Below are positions 14,747 through 27,273 of a stretch of 64,000 nucleotides of DNA, in pieces (within the stretch, counting starts at the first letter, position 1; each line of letters starts with the position of its first letter). The position numbers and the translations under genes are program-made. This DNA comes from Paramecium tetraurelia (Eukaryota), in NCBI GenBank assembly GCA_000165425.1, contig CT868055.1, positions 124,001 through 188,000 of the forward strand, given 5' to 3'. A model generated the notes under the pieces. The model was not told the origin of the DNA and ran no database searches. It worked only from the letters and a program-made list of their open reading frames with translations.

Positions 14747-16292
14747 ATGGATATAGAATAACACACCACAACTGTGAAGGACTTGAATCATAATTGGGTT
14801 GAAGCCTAATATGCAGTCCGAGGTCTGGTGCCAGCGACAGCTGCAAAGATTCAAGAGGAGATAAAGAGCGGTAAGCAATATCCCTTCGACTCTATAACTG
14901 AGTTAAACATTGGGAATCCCCAAACATTCGGATAGAAGCCAATATCATTTAATAGAAGTGTGTTGGCAGCAATGTTGGATCCATCGGTTCTTCAGCATCA
15001 ATCCGAGGATGTCTAAAGAAGAGCGAAACATTACTGTGACAAGATAGGGTTTGGAGTGGGTGCTTACAGTTAATCTGCAGGGTATCCAGTAGTGAGGGAA
15101 GCCTTAGCAAAGTATGGATTTTTTCATCTATAGATAGCTTCATCCAAAGGAGAGATGGGACAGCCGAGAGACCTAACATCAATGATATCCTGTTGACTGA
15201 TGGGGCATCAGCAGGAATCACTTTGATGTTCAATTTGTTGTTGAAGGATAACAAAGATGGAGTAATGATCCCAATTCCATAATATCCACTTTATTCAGCA
15301 GTCATCACCTAATGTGGAGCCCAACAAATCCCCTACTATTTGGTTGAGGAAAAAGGTTGGTCAGCTGAGTAGAGTGAATTGGAAGCACAATATGAAAAGG
15401 CCAAGCAAAATGGGATAACTCCAAGAATCCTTGTCTGTATCAACCCTGGCAATCCCACAGGTTAGGTATTCGATAAATAGAGCATTGTCGAAATGATATA
15501 GTAATGATGCAGATATATTGTCTAGATTTGCATCCCAGAAGAAAATTGTAATTTTCGCAGATGAAGTGTATTAAGAGAATATTTACGTGGAGAACAAGTA
15601 GTTCATCTCATTCAGAAAAGTGGCTCTGGAGTTGAATTTGAATGTAGAAATCTACTCTTTCCATTCCATTTCTAAAGGCATCACTGGAGAATGTGGACTC
15701 AGAGGTGGCTACATGGAAATTACCACTAAAATCGATCAGGATGTCCATTTCCAAATTCACAAGTCCAAAAGTATAATCAGTAATTATACTTTAGCAGTGA
15801 TGCTTTGTCCCAATGCTATTGGCTAATTAATGGCCGGTTTGATGGTCACTCCCCCCACCAAAGAAGAGGGATGTTCGGATCTTACTATTCAACAATACAA
15901 CGAAGAATGTCGCTCCATTTTCGTTAGTTTACAGAAGAGAGCAGCTATGGTTACCTAATTCTTGAATGAGACCAAGGGAGTTTCCTGTCAACCCATTGAA
16001 GGGGCTATGTATGCGTTCCCAAAGATTGAACTACCAGGTTACATATTTTTATTCATCCTTAGAAAAATTCATTTAATTTGCAAAAGAGTAAAATAAAGAA
16101 CCTGATGTCGTTTATTGTTTGGATTTATTGAATGAAACAGGACTGGTGGTTGTTCCAGGCTCAGGTTTCCTTCAATATCCAGGTACTTATCATTTCAGAA
16201 TGACAATCCTCATTTTACCAGAAGAGAGGCTGCTTGCGAAAATGAAGATATTCAAAGAATGGCATGAAACTCATATGTCTAAATTCCAATGA
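14747..16292 (+). CDS. Alanine aminotransferase (PLP-dependent, class I/II)
   Basis: Motifs AQYAVRG, LNIGNPQTFGQKP, PIPQYPLYSA, INPGNPTGQV, ADEVYQEN, FHSISKG..GECGLRGGY (PLP lysine), EGAMYAFP, VVPGSGF..YHFRMTIL. Several tiny introns. Confidence 0.95.
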
Positions 16293-16301
16293 TTTTAATT
16301 T

Positions 16302-17159
16302 ATGGATATAAAAAGAAGAAATATTTAATATTCAAAACCATGTCCTGTTTATCTTTTGGCTTCTTTTGGATGTGCTACCACTCTCCTAAGTGAAATACTT
16401 TGCTATCCCCTCGAATACATCAAAGTCAAATTATAAATGAATGGAACTCAAGGTTGTCCTAAGTACAAAAACATTAAGTCATTATTTGCTGAAACAACAT
16501 CCACAAGACAATATTATAGAGCAATGAATGCCTAAATGTTGAAGATCATACCCTACTCTACCACCAGAATATTCGCATATGAATTTATACGAACTGCCTT
16601 TACAGGAGATATTGTAGAAACCACATACAGAAGGAAACTCTCTTGTGCGTCAAGTGCTTATGCAATTGCATTATTGACTGGAAATATGGGAGACATTTTG
16701 AAGATCAGAATGATAAACAACCCAGAATTATCCTTGGTTTAAGCAATATAATAATCATACAATAAAACTGGATTTGCTGGATTCTTCAGAGGTTATTGGC
16801 TGAATGTAATAACTATCACAGCAATCTAAGCTGTAGAGATATCTCTGTTTGAGAAATTCTAGAGATTCTTTGTGAAGAACTTTACTCAGGGAAACACCTC
16901 AATCGGCATAGATGCAATCTCCAGTCTACTCACTGGAATAAGTGGTGGAGTTCTGACTGCTCCACTGGATGGATTTAAGTCGAGATTCATGAATTAGGTG
17001 ATTGATCAATAGACCTATTGGAAAACCTTCATTAGTTTGATCAAGGACGAGGGGTTGTTTGGGTTGTACAAGGGAACTTTGCCATATTGTGTAAAGATGT
17101 CAATCGGATCCACTTTGACCTTTGTGCTCTATGAACAATTCAAGAAGCAAATAATTTGA
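16302..17159 (+). CDS. Mitochondrial carrier family protein (UCP/oxoglutarate/dicarboxylate-carrier-like)
   Basis: 285-aa intronless ORF with three carrier repeats: PLEYIKVKLQ, NMGDILKIRM, PLDGFKSRFMN. Also YSTTRIFAYE, GFAGFFRG and EGLFGLYKG. Confidence 0.9.
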
Positions 17160-17172
17160 ATAATATATATTT

Positions 17173-17929
17173 ATGTAAAGTGATTATTATGAGAGTGACA
17201 ATATCGAAGTTATTCCAGAGGAGCATAATGAACGGATGACACCCAAGGAGAGGGTCACTCTCAAAGAGTAGATCGAATTTCTATAATAACAAACAGCTCA
17301 TCTCTAATAATCTATGGAATTGGAGTAGGTATTGTAAGTGGATAATCCCATTGCTTATCTGAATGCGATTGAGAATAATTTGGAATCTCTTAAAGTCACT
17401 AATTTATAATAGAGGATACAATGTTTGGCAATACTGGGATCGGGAGCGGAGAAATGTGTCACATTGAAATGTGTGCTGCCACAATCGGATAATTTGAAGC
17501 GTTTCCAATAGCTGGAGAAGTAGGTTCATTTATTGGAGACCATTGTTGGATAGAAGAGTTATTCATACAACTCAACCATAATGTAAGATTTGAACGAAGT
17601 GTAGTAAATTATCAACTCAATCTAAGGGGAAAACAAGGATATCAAATTAGCATTCACTCAGAGTCTACCTCAAATTGATAAGATCAATGAAATCTTTAGG
17701 CAAGTGTAATTGCTGGTGGGAATAGCTGATTTGCTCCCGAACATCATCACGAGATTGGAACAATTAAAAAATGCTCATGATCAGAGCATCTAGTATTAAA
17801 ATTAACTAAAAGTACACAATATGATTTAGATTGTAGGAATTGCAAATAAAACACAATAAGGTTTTGGATTTGATATCGAATAACAGAAACAGGATCAAAG
17901 TTCTTTGTGCTAAACTAGCTTAGAAGTGA
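17173..17929 (+). CDS. Coiled-coil protein resembling dynactin subunit 2 (dynamitin/p50)
   Basis: QQLEKQVHLLETIVG and LPNIITRLEQLKNAHDQS resemble dynamitin segments. One intron near 17812-17836. Confidence 0.55.
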
Positions 17930-17970
17930 AATATATTATCCTATTTATTAAGAGATTATACAAAAATAAA

Positions 17971-19899
17971 TCATTATCGAAAGTAATTACTTAGACTATT
18001 ATCCTTAATCTAATGTCCTAAGTCAAGTGTTATCGATTTGTTCTTTCGATACATGACAAAATTATCATAACTATATTTCATTGGCAAAGGGGATTGTTAC
18101 CGTCCACTTACATAAGTTTTGTTGATCCTCTGATGGAATTGAGTCTTTCGAAATTGTTTTTGTTAAAATTCCTCGTAATCCAAAAGCGAAGTTCTATTTG
18201 ATAGATTCCCACTCATCCCAATGAGGGGATAGAATGAAACCAACTCATACAATTCATTACTATGATCAATAATTTGATCTAGATTGATGCTTTATTGTCT
18301 CTAAGTCTTCCTCACAATTATTTCCTATTGTTTGGTTGGTTTTGCCATTAGCTATAGATTCTGAGACAGCTGATCAGAGAGTCTCTTTCTGAATTCCTTT
18401 ACATCTGGATGAAAGTTGTGATGACAATTATTTATAATCTGAATGGGTTAAATAATGCGGAGTGAAGTGAATTTGATTTAATAGAGTAATTTGAATTGTA
18501 ACATGTTGATCAAAATTACAATTATTAGTTTATCGGTCAATACTATGTCTTTGAAGAGCAAATTGTATAAATTATCACCTTCATTGACAGAAATGTGAAA
18601 GTCTTGAGGATTGCGAATAGAAACTTACAGATGTTACTATGATTAAATTAAGATGCTTCTCAATTCTTGAATTTCTAATTTTCTTACATATTTAAGTATT
18701 GTTACTGAAGGAGAACAAGTATACTTTGGAGTCTTGTTGAATTTGTTGACTGTGAACATACTCACTTTTTCAGTAAACAATTGGATTGCCTAGATATATC
18801 CCATTTGTGTAGCAATGTGCATGATGGAATCCTGGGATGGTCCCATTCTCTTGGTGTAATCAAATTGATCTGGACGACAATTCGCAAAACTCTGTTTAAA
18901 ACACATGAACTTACTCGTAATGAAGGTATTAACAATATTTCATGTATTGGAGCAACCCCTTTGGAATTCTTCTGATTCGGATTCTGATGTTTAAGCAACT
19001 ACTGGACAATCTGCATTTGATTGACATAATCAGTCTCACTTCTACATTGTCTCCTGAATGCAAAATGCAATGGGGTGTCTCCAATCACTCCTCTCAATGG
19101 AATGCAAAGAGCCTGACTCAGGATTTTCATTTGGTCAGACCAACAGACCATGATTCCACTTTCAAGCATGTGTTCAACAACTTCCACTTCTAAACGATCG
19201 CATGCCCATAGGAATACAAATTGAACCAGCAATAAGGTTGGATGCAAATAGGATAGTAAGATCTTATAAATTCTGAATTGCTTATATTCACTTTTACCTT
19301 ATATTTAATTTGGCTGCTAGAATTAATGGTTAAGGATGTTACAATTTGGTCAAGCATTCCGAATGACTTTCACACATTGAAGGTATGATACTGTGCTCGT
19401 CGTATTGGATGGCCTTTATGAAAATGGTATCGGTGAAATTCGAAAATATGTTAACAAATTAGCTGAAATTCATGTGGTGGTTCTCTCTCAATTGTACACC
19501 TATCTTCGAGGTTCTCAAATCAAATTGTTGAGCACTCATGTCGATCAAAGTGAACCAACTCAGAGAGAGGCGTTCCAAGGTGGGATGGTGCTGGTAAATT
19601 TGAAATGAATTATATTGGATGTCCAGACAGGTTAGATTGAGATAAGAGAAATCTGTTGAGAGTAATTGATTGTCTGAAATCTCCAATGTGCGTAGCCTCG
19701 GCAATGGCACCTTTGGAAATTCCGAGATTTGATTATGATTAAGGATCAAAATCTCCAGATTCTCCATCTGTATGATCTGATATGGAATCAAAGTGATCTG
19801 GTTGTAACTCAAATTTAGATATTACACATTCATCAGAATTGGGAATTCCTTAAGACTTTGAGACTGCAATTCACCTTCCTTTCGAGATATTATATTCAT
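17971..19899 (-). CDS. Leucine-rich repeat plus ankyrin repeat protein
   Basis: N-terminal LRRs (LNLSYNQI, LEILILNHNQI, LRTLEISDNQL, LTCLDIQYNSF) and central ankyrin motifs (GDTPLHFAF, GVAPIHEIL). Confidence 0.85.
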
Positions 19900-19923
19900 T
19901 ATTAAATTGTTTTATTATTGTCA

Positions 19924-21232
19924 ATGGAAAAATGTCCTAAACACTAAGGAAACATCACCTATCTCATATTGAAACCAAACTCAGTTATATTGGGCTGTAA
20001 CGAATGCAGAGATGAACTGATTGCAGAGGGACACAAATCAGAAGCCTGCATTTTGTTATCCAAAGTATACATCTCATATTGTGACCCTAGGCTCTCAAAA
20101 TACCTGAAGTATTATTAAGCAAAATCAACATTGAACCCATGTTCAAAACATTCTTTTCCAAGATCAGCTTGGTTTCAGGAGCGGAACTTGATCAATAAAA
20201 AAAACAATGGATCCAAGAATTCGAAGGAATAAAGGCAGAAATAGATAAAATGATAAGTGACACGAATGTTTTCTTTGAACATCTCTCTTAGACCCTTTAA
20301 CAATACAGAACGAATTTAAGGAGAGTAAATTTCTATTAATAAAATAGATTATCAAATTTGAAACCTTCGAATAGCTCACCAGTTGTAATCTCCATGATCA
20401 AAATTTCAAATCAAGTCTCCTCAATCATCATCTATTAACATCGCCAGTCAATAATTGGACAAATAGAATAAAAAATTTAATTATACATCAATTCAATCCA
20501 ACACGAGAGCAATAATGAGAATAAACAAACTATCGAAGCTCTAATTTAAGATTATAAGAAGAAAATCAACAAGTAAGTCATTACTACTATTATTATCAAG
20601 TGTCAAATTCCCACCTTCAACTGAAACATAAGATCGATTAGAAAATAAATTTAAAAGTTTCAAAATGGCTGTAGAAATTCGGTTCAAATAAGCCAATCCA
20701 AGTTATACATGTTCTAGTTTATTGTCAGAAACCAATTTTGACAATATTCAAGCTAGAATTACGCCGAATTCCAATTCAGCATATTCGCTTATTTACAAGG
20801 GATCATTTGACGGATTGAACACCAACCAATTTTGGAGTAAAGTCTCAAACAAGAGCAATCTACTGATGATAATGAAAACACGCAATAATCAATGTGTTTT
20901 TGGAGGATACTCCCCTTGCCAATGGTTCAAGACTCCCCAACCATAAGTTTTGGCAGATCAAGAAGCCACTTCATTTTTATTTGTTCAAAATCCTAATCAA
21001 TAATTGTACTATTACCCAATCAAGAAGGAATTCAAGCATTAAGCAATCACACTGAATTAAAATTATGGCCCTATATTTGGGCAAACCAGATCTCCTAATT
21101 TCTACTAACTTCAAAGATGGATAATTGAATCTCGGCAATCACTACTTTAGAGATCCCAAAGAAAACTCACTAAGCTTTATCTTGGGACCTAAATTAGATG
21201 AGATAATCGAATGTGAAGTATTTTAATTATGA
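19924..21232 (+). CDS. TLDc-domain protein with N-terminal Cys/His zinc-binding motif; one frameshift near 21080
   Basis: MEKCPKH...GCNEC, then LIYKGSFDG, LMIMKTRNNQCVFGGYSPCQW, SFLF, YGPIFG. The canonical end PDLLIS...EIIECEVFQL* is in the +1 frame. Confidence 0.85.
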
Positions 21233-21299
21233 TGCATTTTGAAAAGCTTAATTTAAACAATTAATATTATCATGAATACGAGTTCCTTAGAATCATTAC

Positions 21300-21985
21300 T
21301 AATTTAAACTACAAATACATTGCCAGATTTGAAGGGACTTATGGTTTTGATGTAGTTAGCAATTCCTGCAGCAAGTGCTCCTTGTTCAACAGGCAAAAAT
21401 ATCTAATCTACTTCTCATCAAGAATTTCAATTCCCTTATGCTGATTAACTATCTGTCAATTGTACCACAACCACGTATGGCTTTGATGTTGTCACTTGAA
21501 TTTATAAGTATTTTATCATTTCCTTTATGTATTTTTGAGCGGCCTCTTCACATTCATCAAATTACTCACCAGCTGTTTTGATCTCCACATATAGTTTACA
21601 GTTTTCTATATTAAATCTAGTTTCCAACCATAACAGACATCAGGGACAAAAATCGTACCTTTGCATAATGACTTACTATCATACCTTTAATCTTGAAATG
21701 ATTACAAAAGAAAGGCAAACGTTTAAACAAAGTTACCATCACTTACTGTTACTACTCCCTTTTCTTTATACTCTTTTTTAAGCGATTGCGCAGATGTGAA
21801 GGCACTTGTCATCTTGAATACTCTAGTCAATTATTGATCTTCTCTTTTTAAGTAAACAGTTGCATGATATTACAATCTGAGTGATTTTTGGAGTTTCGTC
21901 TAATAATGGAATGCAACTTTCTCTCATTTATTTATGTGCTTAAGTGATAGAGGGAATCAAATAAACTTCTTTATTAATAGTACAG
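21300..21985 (-). pseudogene. Threonine/serine dehydratase (IlvA-like, PLP fold type II) pseudogene, frameshifted and 3'-truncated
   Basis: Recognisable blocks lie in different frames: VYLKREDQQLTRVFK, KGVVTVSDGNFVQ, GTIFVP, VEIKTAGEQFDECEEAA, AIRGCGTI, IFLPVEQGALAAGIANYIKTISP. At least three frameshifts, and no C-terminal half. Confidence 0.85.
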
Positions 21986-22010
21986 ATATTATTACAAATA
22001 ATAATATTAA

Positions 22011-24871
22011 ATGTCCAATATATTGTAGAGAATGGTAACCAAAGAGGTCAAAAGGAGATAAGTGGAGAGTCGCTTATTGAACAGATCATAATAAACATTG
22101 AGATAACTCATTCCTGATTTGAAATCTCCTATTAAATCACCCTAAGTCTCAACTGCACTTGAGTAATTTAAGAGTAAATTTACAGAAGGCAAATACATTT
22201 TTCAAATTGAATAACAAAGAAAAAGCTAGTTAGATGAGGTTTTTTCGAGGGTTCAAATACCAATTAAAAGGGACTTCTTGGATGTATTATTGCAATAATT
22301 TGAAACTGAATTATGGAGAGTTTCTAATGAACAGAATCTCCAGTACTTAAGTGATCGATACTTGAGTTATCAATTATCAAATAACAAATTTCTTAAACAC
22401 CTTGTCTAATTTGTGGATGAATAGAGAGAGAAAGCTGAACTTGCATTGGGTTAATTGGCAGGCAAAGAAGCTACGATCAATGAATTGTAAAGTAAGTATG
22501 CGCAACTGTAAATGATGTTTCAACAATTGTCTCACAACAAAGATGATGGATAGACTAAGCTAAATAAAAATGAAAGTGTCAAAAGATAGAAAGAATTATA
22601 CATGGAGAATGTGAGATTGAAGAATGAAATTGAAAGAATTCAAGACAAATTAAAGTAAATTGAGAATCAAACGAATGTTCAGAAATTGCAAGAATAATAT
22701 TAGGAATTAGCAAGAAAGTCAAGTGAGAAAATTCATGAACTCTTGAATGAAAATTAAATCAAAGAGAAATAGCTATAAAAACTCAATCTCCACTATCAGA
22801 ACATCAAATCACAATATAATAAATTAGAAAATGAATCCAAAGCCTATTAAACTGTATTTGAAGCCAATAAGTAACACCTCGATCGATTGATTAAGGAGAA
22901 TGAATTACATACAAACTTAATGAATAGATACAGAGAAATAGCTTGTATGCAAAGGGAAGACTTTGAAGTGAGAATCATGTATTACAAGGAAGAATTGAGT
23001 GTAGCATCGAAAGCAAAGGATAAGTTAATGTAATTGTAATCAAAGTTAGATCGATTCTAAATTGAGAAATCCAAAGACATAGAACCACTCCCCAATAATA
23101 ATTATGAGAAGGAGAAGACAGGCTTGGAGAAATTCAATGATCTATTTAGTAATGATAAAACCTATCAGCGTTTAACATATTAAGCTCTGCAAGAGGAGAA
23201 GGGGAGAATAGTAACAAGAGTAGGACATTCAATTGTCACTATGGAGTAACATTTCAATGCATAGGAAATTTAATTGGAGAAATTCACAATTGGATATTGT
23301 CCATTTGTCAATTTAGTTGAACATCATAAAAAAACATTGGAACAAGAGTTCAGTGGATTATAGTATAAACGCCCAAATCTACAATTGCTAGTTACATTAC
23401 GAGTTATTCTTGATAGCAAATGGAATGAAATGTAAATTAAACCAGAGAAGATGTGGACTCATTTACCTGAGTTCGCATATTCTCATTTGATGAACTTCAA
23501 AGTAGACATGCAAACCAAATCCATCAAAAAGATTGATCAGGATGTTCATCGTATAGATGATCAGATTATCAAATTTATAGTGGATTTCAGTAATCCTGTA
23601 TTTGAGAAGAATTGGGAATGCATCACATTCTAAGAATTCTTAAATGACTTTACTAGTTAAGATGAGATCTATTTCTATTTGTATGCTCGAAATCTCTTAT
23701 TCCGTGGGCCTGAATGCCAACACACAACCGCATACTATGAGCCTCATCATTACATTCCATTATTGTAGGCTGAGTTTGTAGCAACTCATATACTCTCACA
23801 ATATGAAACTGCAACCCTCCAGCAAGTCAAAAAAGTCTTAAGAGAAAAAGCAGTCAACAAGACCATAACCAAGAACCTCTTCATTGTGGATGCTTCTTTT
23901 GTTTTGAGAATTTTGCTTGAATTTTATAGAGTAGAACGTAGAAATAGATACAAGATGTTTAAGATAGCATTTGGAAGTAGAGCCACAAATATCAGTTTCA
24001 AACAGTTCAGAGTTGTATTGATCAGCAATTACCCCTATATCACAGACCTTGAATTAGCAACCCTTTATAGAGAGGCCTACTCTTTTACTGGCACAGGAGT
24101 ATCAATTGATTCCTTCTACACTGTGGCTTCAGAGACTGGATTTTTCATTAAGCATCTTAAATTATAGAGTCTAACTACTCAACCGAAAATTGTGAATAAA
24201 GAATTCGTTTTCGAACCCAACACTCAACCCTTCCTTATTGTCAATGAAGCATACAAGAGAGTAAGTTATGAGTTTAATTTTAGTTTCAAGCATATTAAAG
24301 TAAATTAGAGTAAATCTTAATTGATTTTGGTTTGGAGGAACTGTTTGCGTAATTTAAAGAATTCGACAATTTGATCCAATCGAAGTTTGCACCGCTTTAA
24401 CACAATCAAAAGTCCTTGTCATAGGTCATTGAAAGTTACATGAGTGTGTTTAGGAACATCAATAACCTCATTTGCAACAGACTGTACCTCTAAGACTAGT
24501 AAATATCGTATCTATTTAGGATTCAATAAGGGTAAGAGTTCCTTACAAAGCATGAGGACAAGATGAAACTCAATAAAGAGTAGAATAGAGAGGCTTAATT
24601 TTACTCTGGCGATAATTTTAATAAACAATATTTGAGAAGAGAAGACTTCATTCCTGATATAGAGATATTGAAAGGACAAATGGATTGTTTAGAACATCTC
24701 GGCTCTCACTTAGAATCTTATGAATTAGTAAAGAGAAGGCGAGATTATTGTATGACAATTCAAGCGAAGAAGATCTAGAAATTTGTTAAGAAAAAGATGA
24801 ACAAATTTTATAGTTTTGTAAGTTCTTTGCTAAGTGCCAAATTCAAAGCTTCACTCAAATAAGGGAAATGA
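22011..24871 (+). CDS. Large coiled-coil protein with C-terminal IQ-like motif
   Basis: ATG 22011, long heptad-rich region, globular segment (DASFVLRILLEFY...LYREAYS), C-terminal IQAKKIQKFVKKKM, tiny introns near the 3' end. Confidence 0.75.
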
Positions 24872-24949
24872 TTATAAGATTGTTGTCATTTATTATTAGA
24901 AAATTATTTAATTTAATAATTGATGGTAATAGATGTAAGAATTTGAAAA

Positions 24950-25951
24950 TCATTAAAAATTACTAAAACTGTGTTTAAATTTAGGAAATAACTATCCCTA
25001 AACTATTTAATGGTCTGTTTCATTACATTTCAAATAAGGATGACTCAATGCCTGTTTGATATTGATCCTGTATTAAGTGTTGTTTACGAGACCTTTCAAG
25101 AAATTGGTCCCATGACCAGGTATGAGAGGGTAAATTCCTTAATCGGCATCAATTGCCTTGGCCTCAAAGTTATACAGATAGAGCATAACTTTATGCAATC
25201 CATAAATATCAGTTGTGTTTGGCTGATTCTCAATTGTTGCTTTGCTAAAACCAATCAATTTTATTTCGTGATTTCTGCCGAACATGAAATTTTAAGGTCT
25301 AATTTACCCATGAACTATATTATTTTGTTACAATGTTTCCAATATAGTAAGGATTTCCTAATTGCATAATTGTAAGTACCTTGATAACATTTTGATTTTC
25401 TTCATGTGTGTAATCCTGCTCTAATTAGCGATCCAAATATTCTAAGATAATATAATAATATTTTGAAGATTCATAAACTTCTCTGATGGCAACTATGTTT
25501 TTACAATTCTTCAGTTTCCTTAGAATTTTGACTTCTTACAAAAAGTAAAATTCGCTTTGTTTCTTATACATTTTGCAGAACATCTTTTCTCCGTTGATAG
25601 TTGATTTTACAATTAGGTTCTTGGGTAAAAAATAACAATTACTGCCTTGAACTCTGTTTTTAACATAGTTTACAACTCTTCATAGATTTCAGATGCTCCC
25701 AAGTACATTACACAGGAATTGAGTTAGGCTTTAAGTTGTGATAAATTTTTAGAAGAAGATTAGAGAGTGCAATTCTCAATAGTACATTGTTCAAGGACTT
25801 TATTCCTATAATACCATTGCAAATGTAGATTTAAGGAGATGTGAAATTTAATCTCTTCAGTTTAGATTTTAATGAGTATTGAATGTTCATCGCAATTCAA
25901 AATAGCTGGTTTAGCATTAAATAGGCAATCAAATATTAAGGATTTTTGCAT
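24950..25951 (-). CDS. Protein-kinase-fold pseudokinase (CAMK-like, divergent)
   Basis: MFCK, QEVKILRKL, IREVYESSKYYYIILEY, IVHGQIRPQNFMF (HRD replaced by HGQ), IKLIGFS (no DFG), no APE, ends ALSHPYL. Confidence 0.8.
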
Positions 25952-26068
25952 GATTATTTTTATAAAATATCCTGATTTAAAATTTGAAAAGCTTATACGG
26001 ACATATGTCAATAAATTCTAAGTAGAGATTTTAGATTTAATTACATTTTAATTAATATTTTAAGAAAA

Positions 26069-27132
26069 TCATTTAATTTTTTAATAGTATGAACTCTTTG
26101 TATATTAACTTATCGCTTCAGTCACACCAGTAATTAACTTTGGGTTCTATGTAAATTTCACAGGTATATTTGTTTCGCCAAAGATACTTTAGATGTATTC
26201 GTGTCGCATTGCATCTTCAAAAGTAAATCTGTAATCTAGATTTGGATTCATCAACCCAACAATAAATTCGTTGCCCTTATCGGGAATATAAGGCAATGAA
26301 GTGTAGGAGGCCTTGAAGCCATAACTAAAGTCATTCAAATTGATTACAGTTGAATCATAATTTAGCCTATGTTGCCAAGGTAATTGTCAAGATCGATATC
26401 TTTGGATCGAGAAGCGTGACAAAAGCTAATGAGTTTTATGTTGCCTCGCTTATCCATCATGAGATCGGACAATTTGAACTTGGAATATTGAATATTGTTG
26501 TCAATTAATATCCTAATGGTTTTGAGTAAATCCTAAGAATATCTTATTTAGATACCAAAGTAATAATCTGGATTTCTTCATGAATCAAGTCTACATTCAA
26601 ATTATGGTCCATCAACTCCATCACGATGTAGATGTGAGCCTTTGATTCGTAAACCTCATACAATTTAGGAAAATATTTGTGTTGTTACAGTTTGTACAAA
26701 ATAATAATTGATTAATATAATTGTTCTTAGTTGTAAGCATCTTTCCTCAGAGATCTACAACATAACTTCACCTTTGTAAATCTATCTTCAACTTTACAGA
26801 TCTTAAATTTTCGAATAAATTACCTTACAATTCTTTTTATCAGACAGCAACTCTATGGTTTCATAATAATTCTAAATTCCCAGGTACGATACTCTTCCAT
26901 CTAGGTGCTACTTCAATTGATTTAAGTCCTCTTGATTTGCTTGGATCATTAGATCTTGTATATGAACGGATTGAATTCCAGAAGGCGATATCTCCCATCT
27001 CATTTTTATTTTCAGATGGATATCGATTTTGAAGACTAGGTTATGTTTAGTAATCTCAATTCTTTCGTCGAACAGTGTTAAAGAATGCTGGACTTTTAGA
27101 ATCCAACAAGGAAATTGTAGGATGGTTAGCAT
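26069..27132 (-). CDS. Protein-kinase-fold pseudokinase with N-terminal PH-like region
   Basis: LCCRSL (beta3 Lys replaced by Arg), FPKLYEVYESKAHIYIVMEL, IQYSKFKLSDLMM (no HRD), IKLISFC (no DFG), ends YRFTFEDAMRHEYI. Confidence 0.75.
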
Positions 27133-27273
27133 ATAAATTAGTATTTAATAATTATACTGCATTTTTAAAAAATACAAAACCCCTATTAGATTGGTGAAAA
27201 TGTGATTTTTGGGAATGGATTCCTCCCCCATTTTTATTTTATATAAATTTCATATTTTAAACATATACTACAT

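Noticed and set aside
14949..15254. ORF-track minus-strand 101-aa ORF and similar entries (e.g. 25010-25369, 44223-44594, 51437-51820, 52562-52894)
   Set aside because: They are antisense shadows of well-supported genes on the opposite strand.
21079..21090. Programmed +1 ribosomal frameshift of the Euplotes type in the TLDc gene
   Set aside because: There is no AAA-stop slippery site, and TAA/TAG are sense codons here. A simple indel is more parsimonious.
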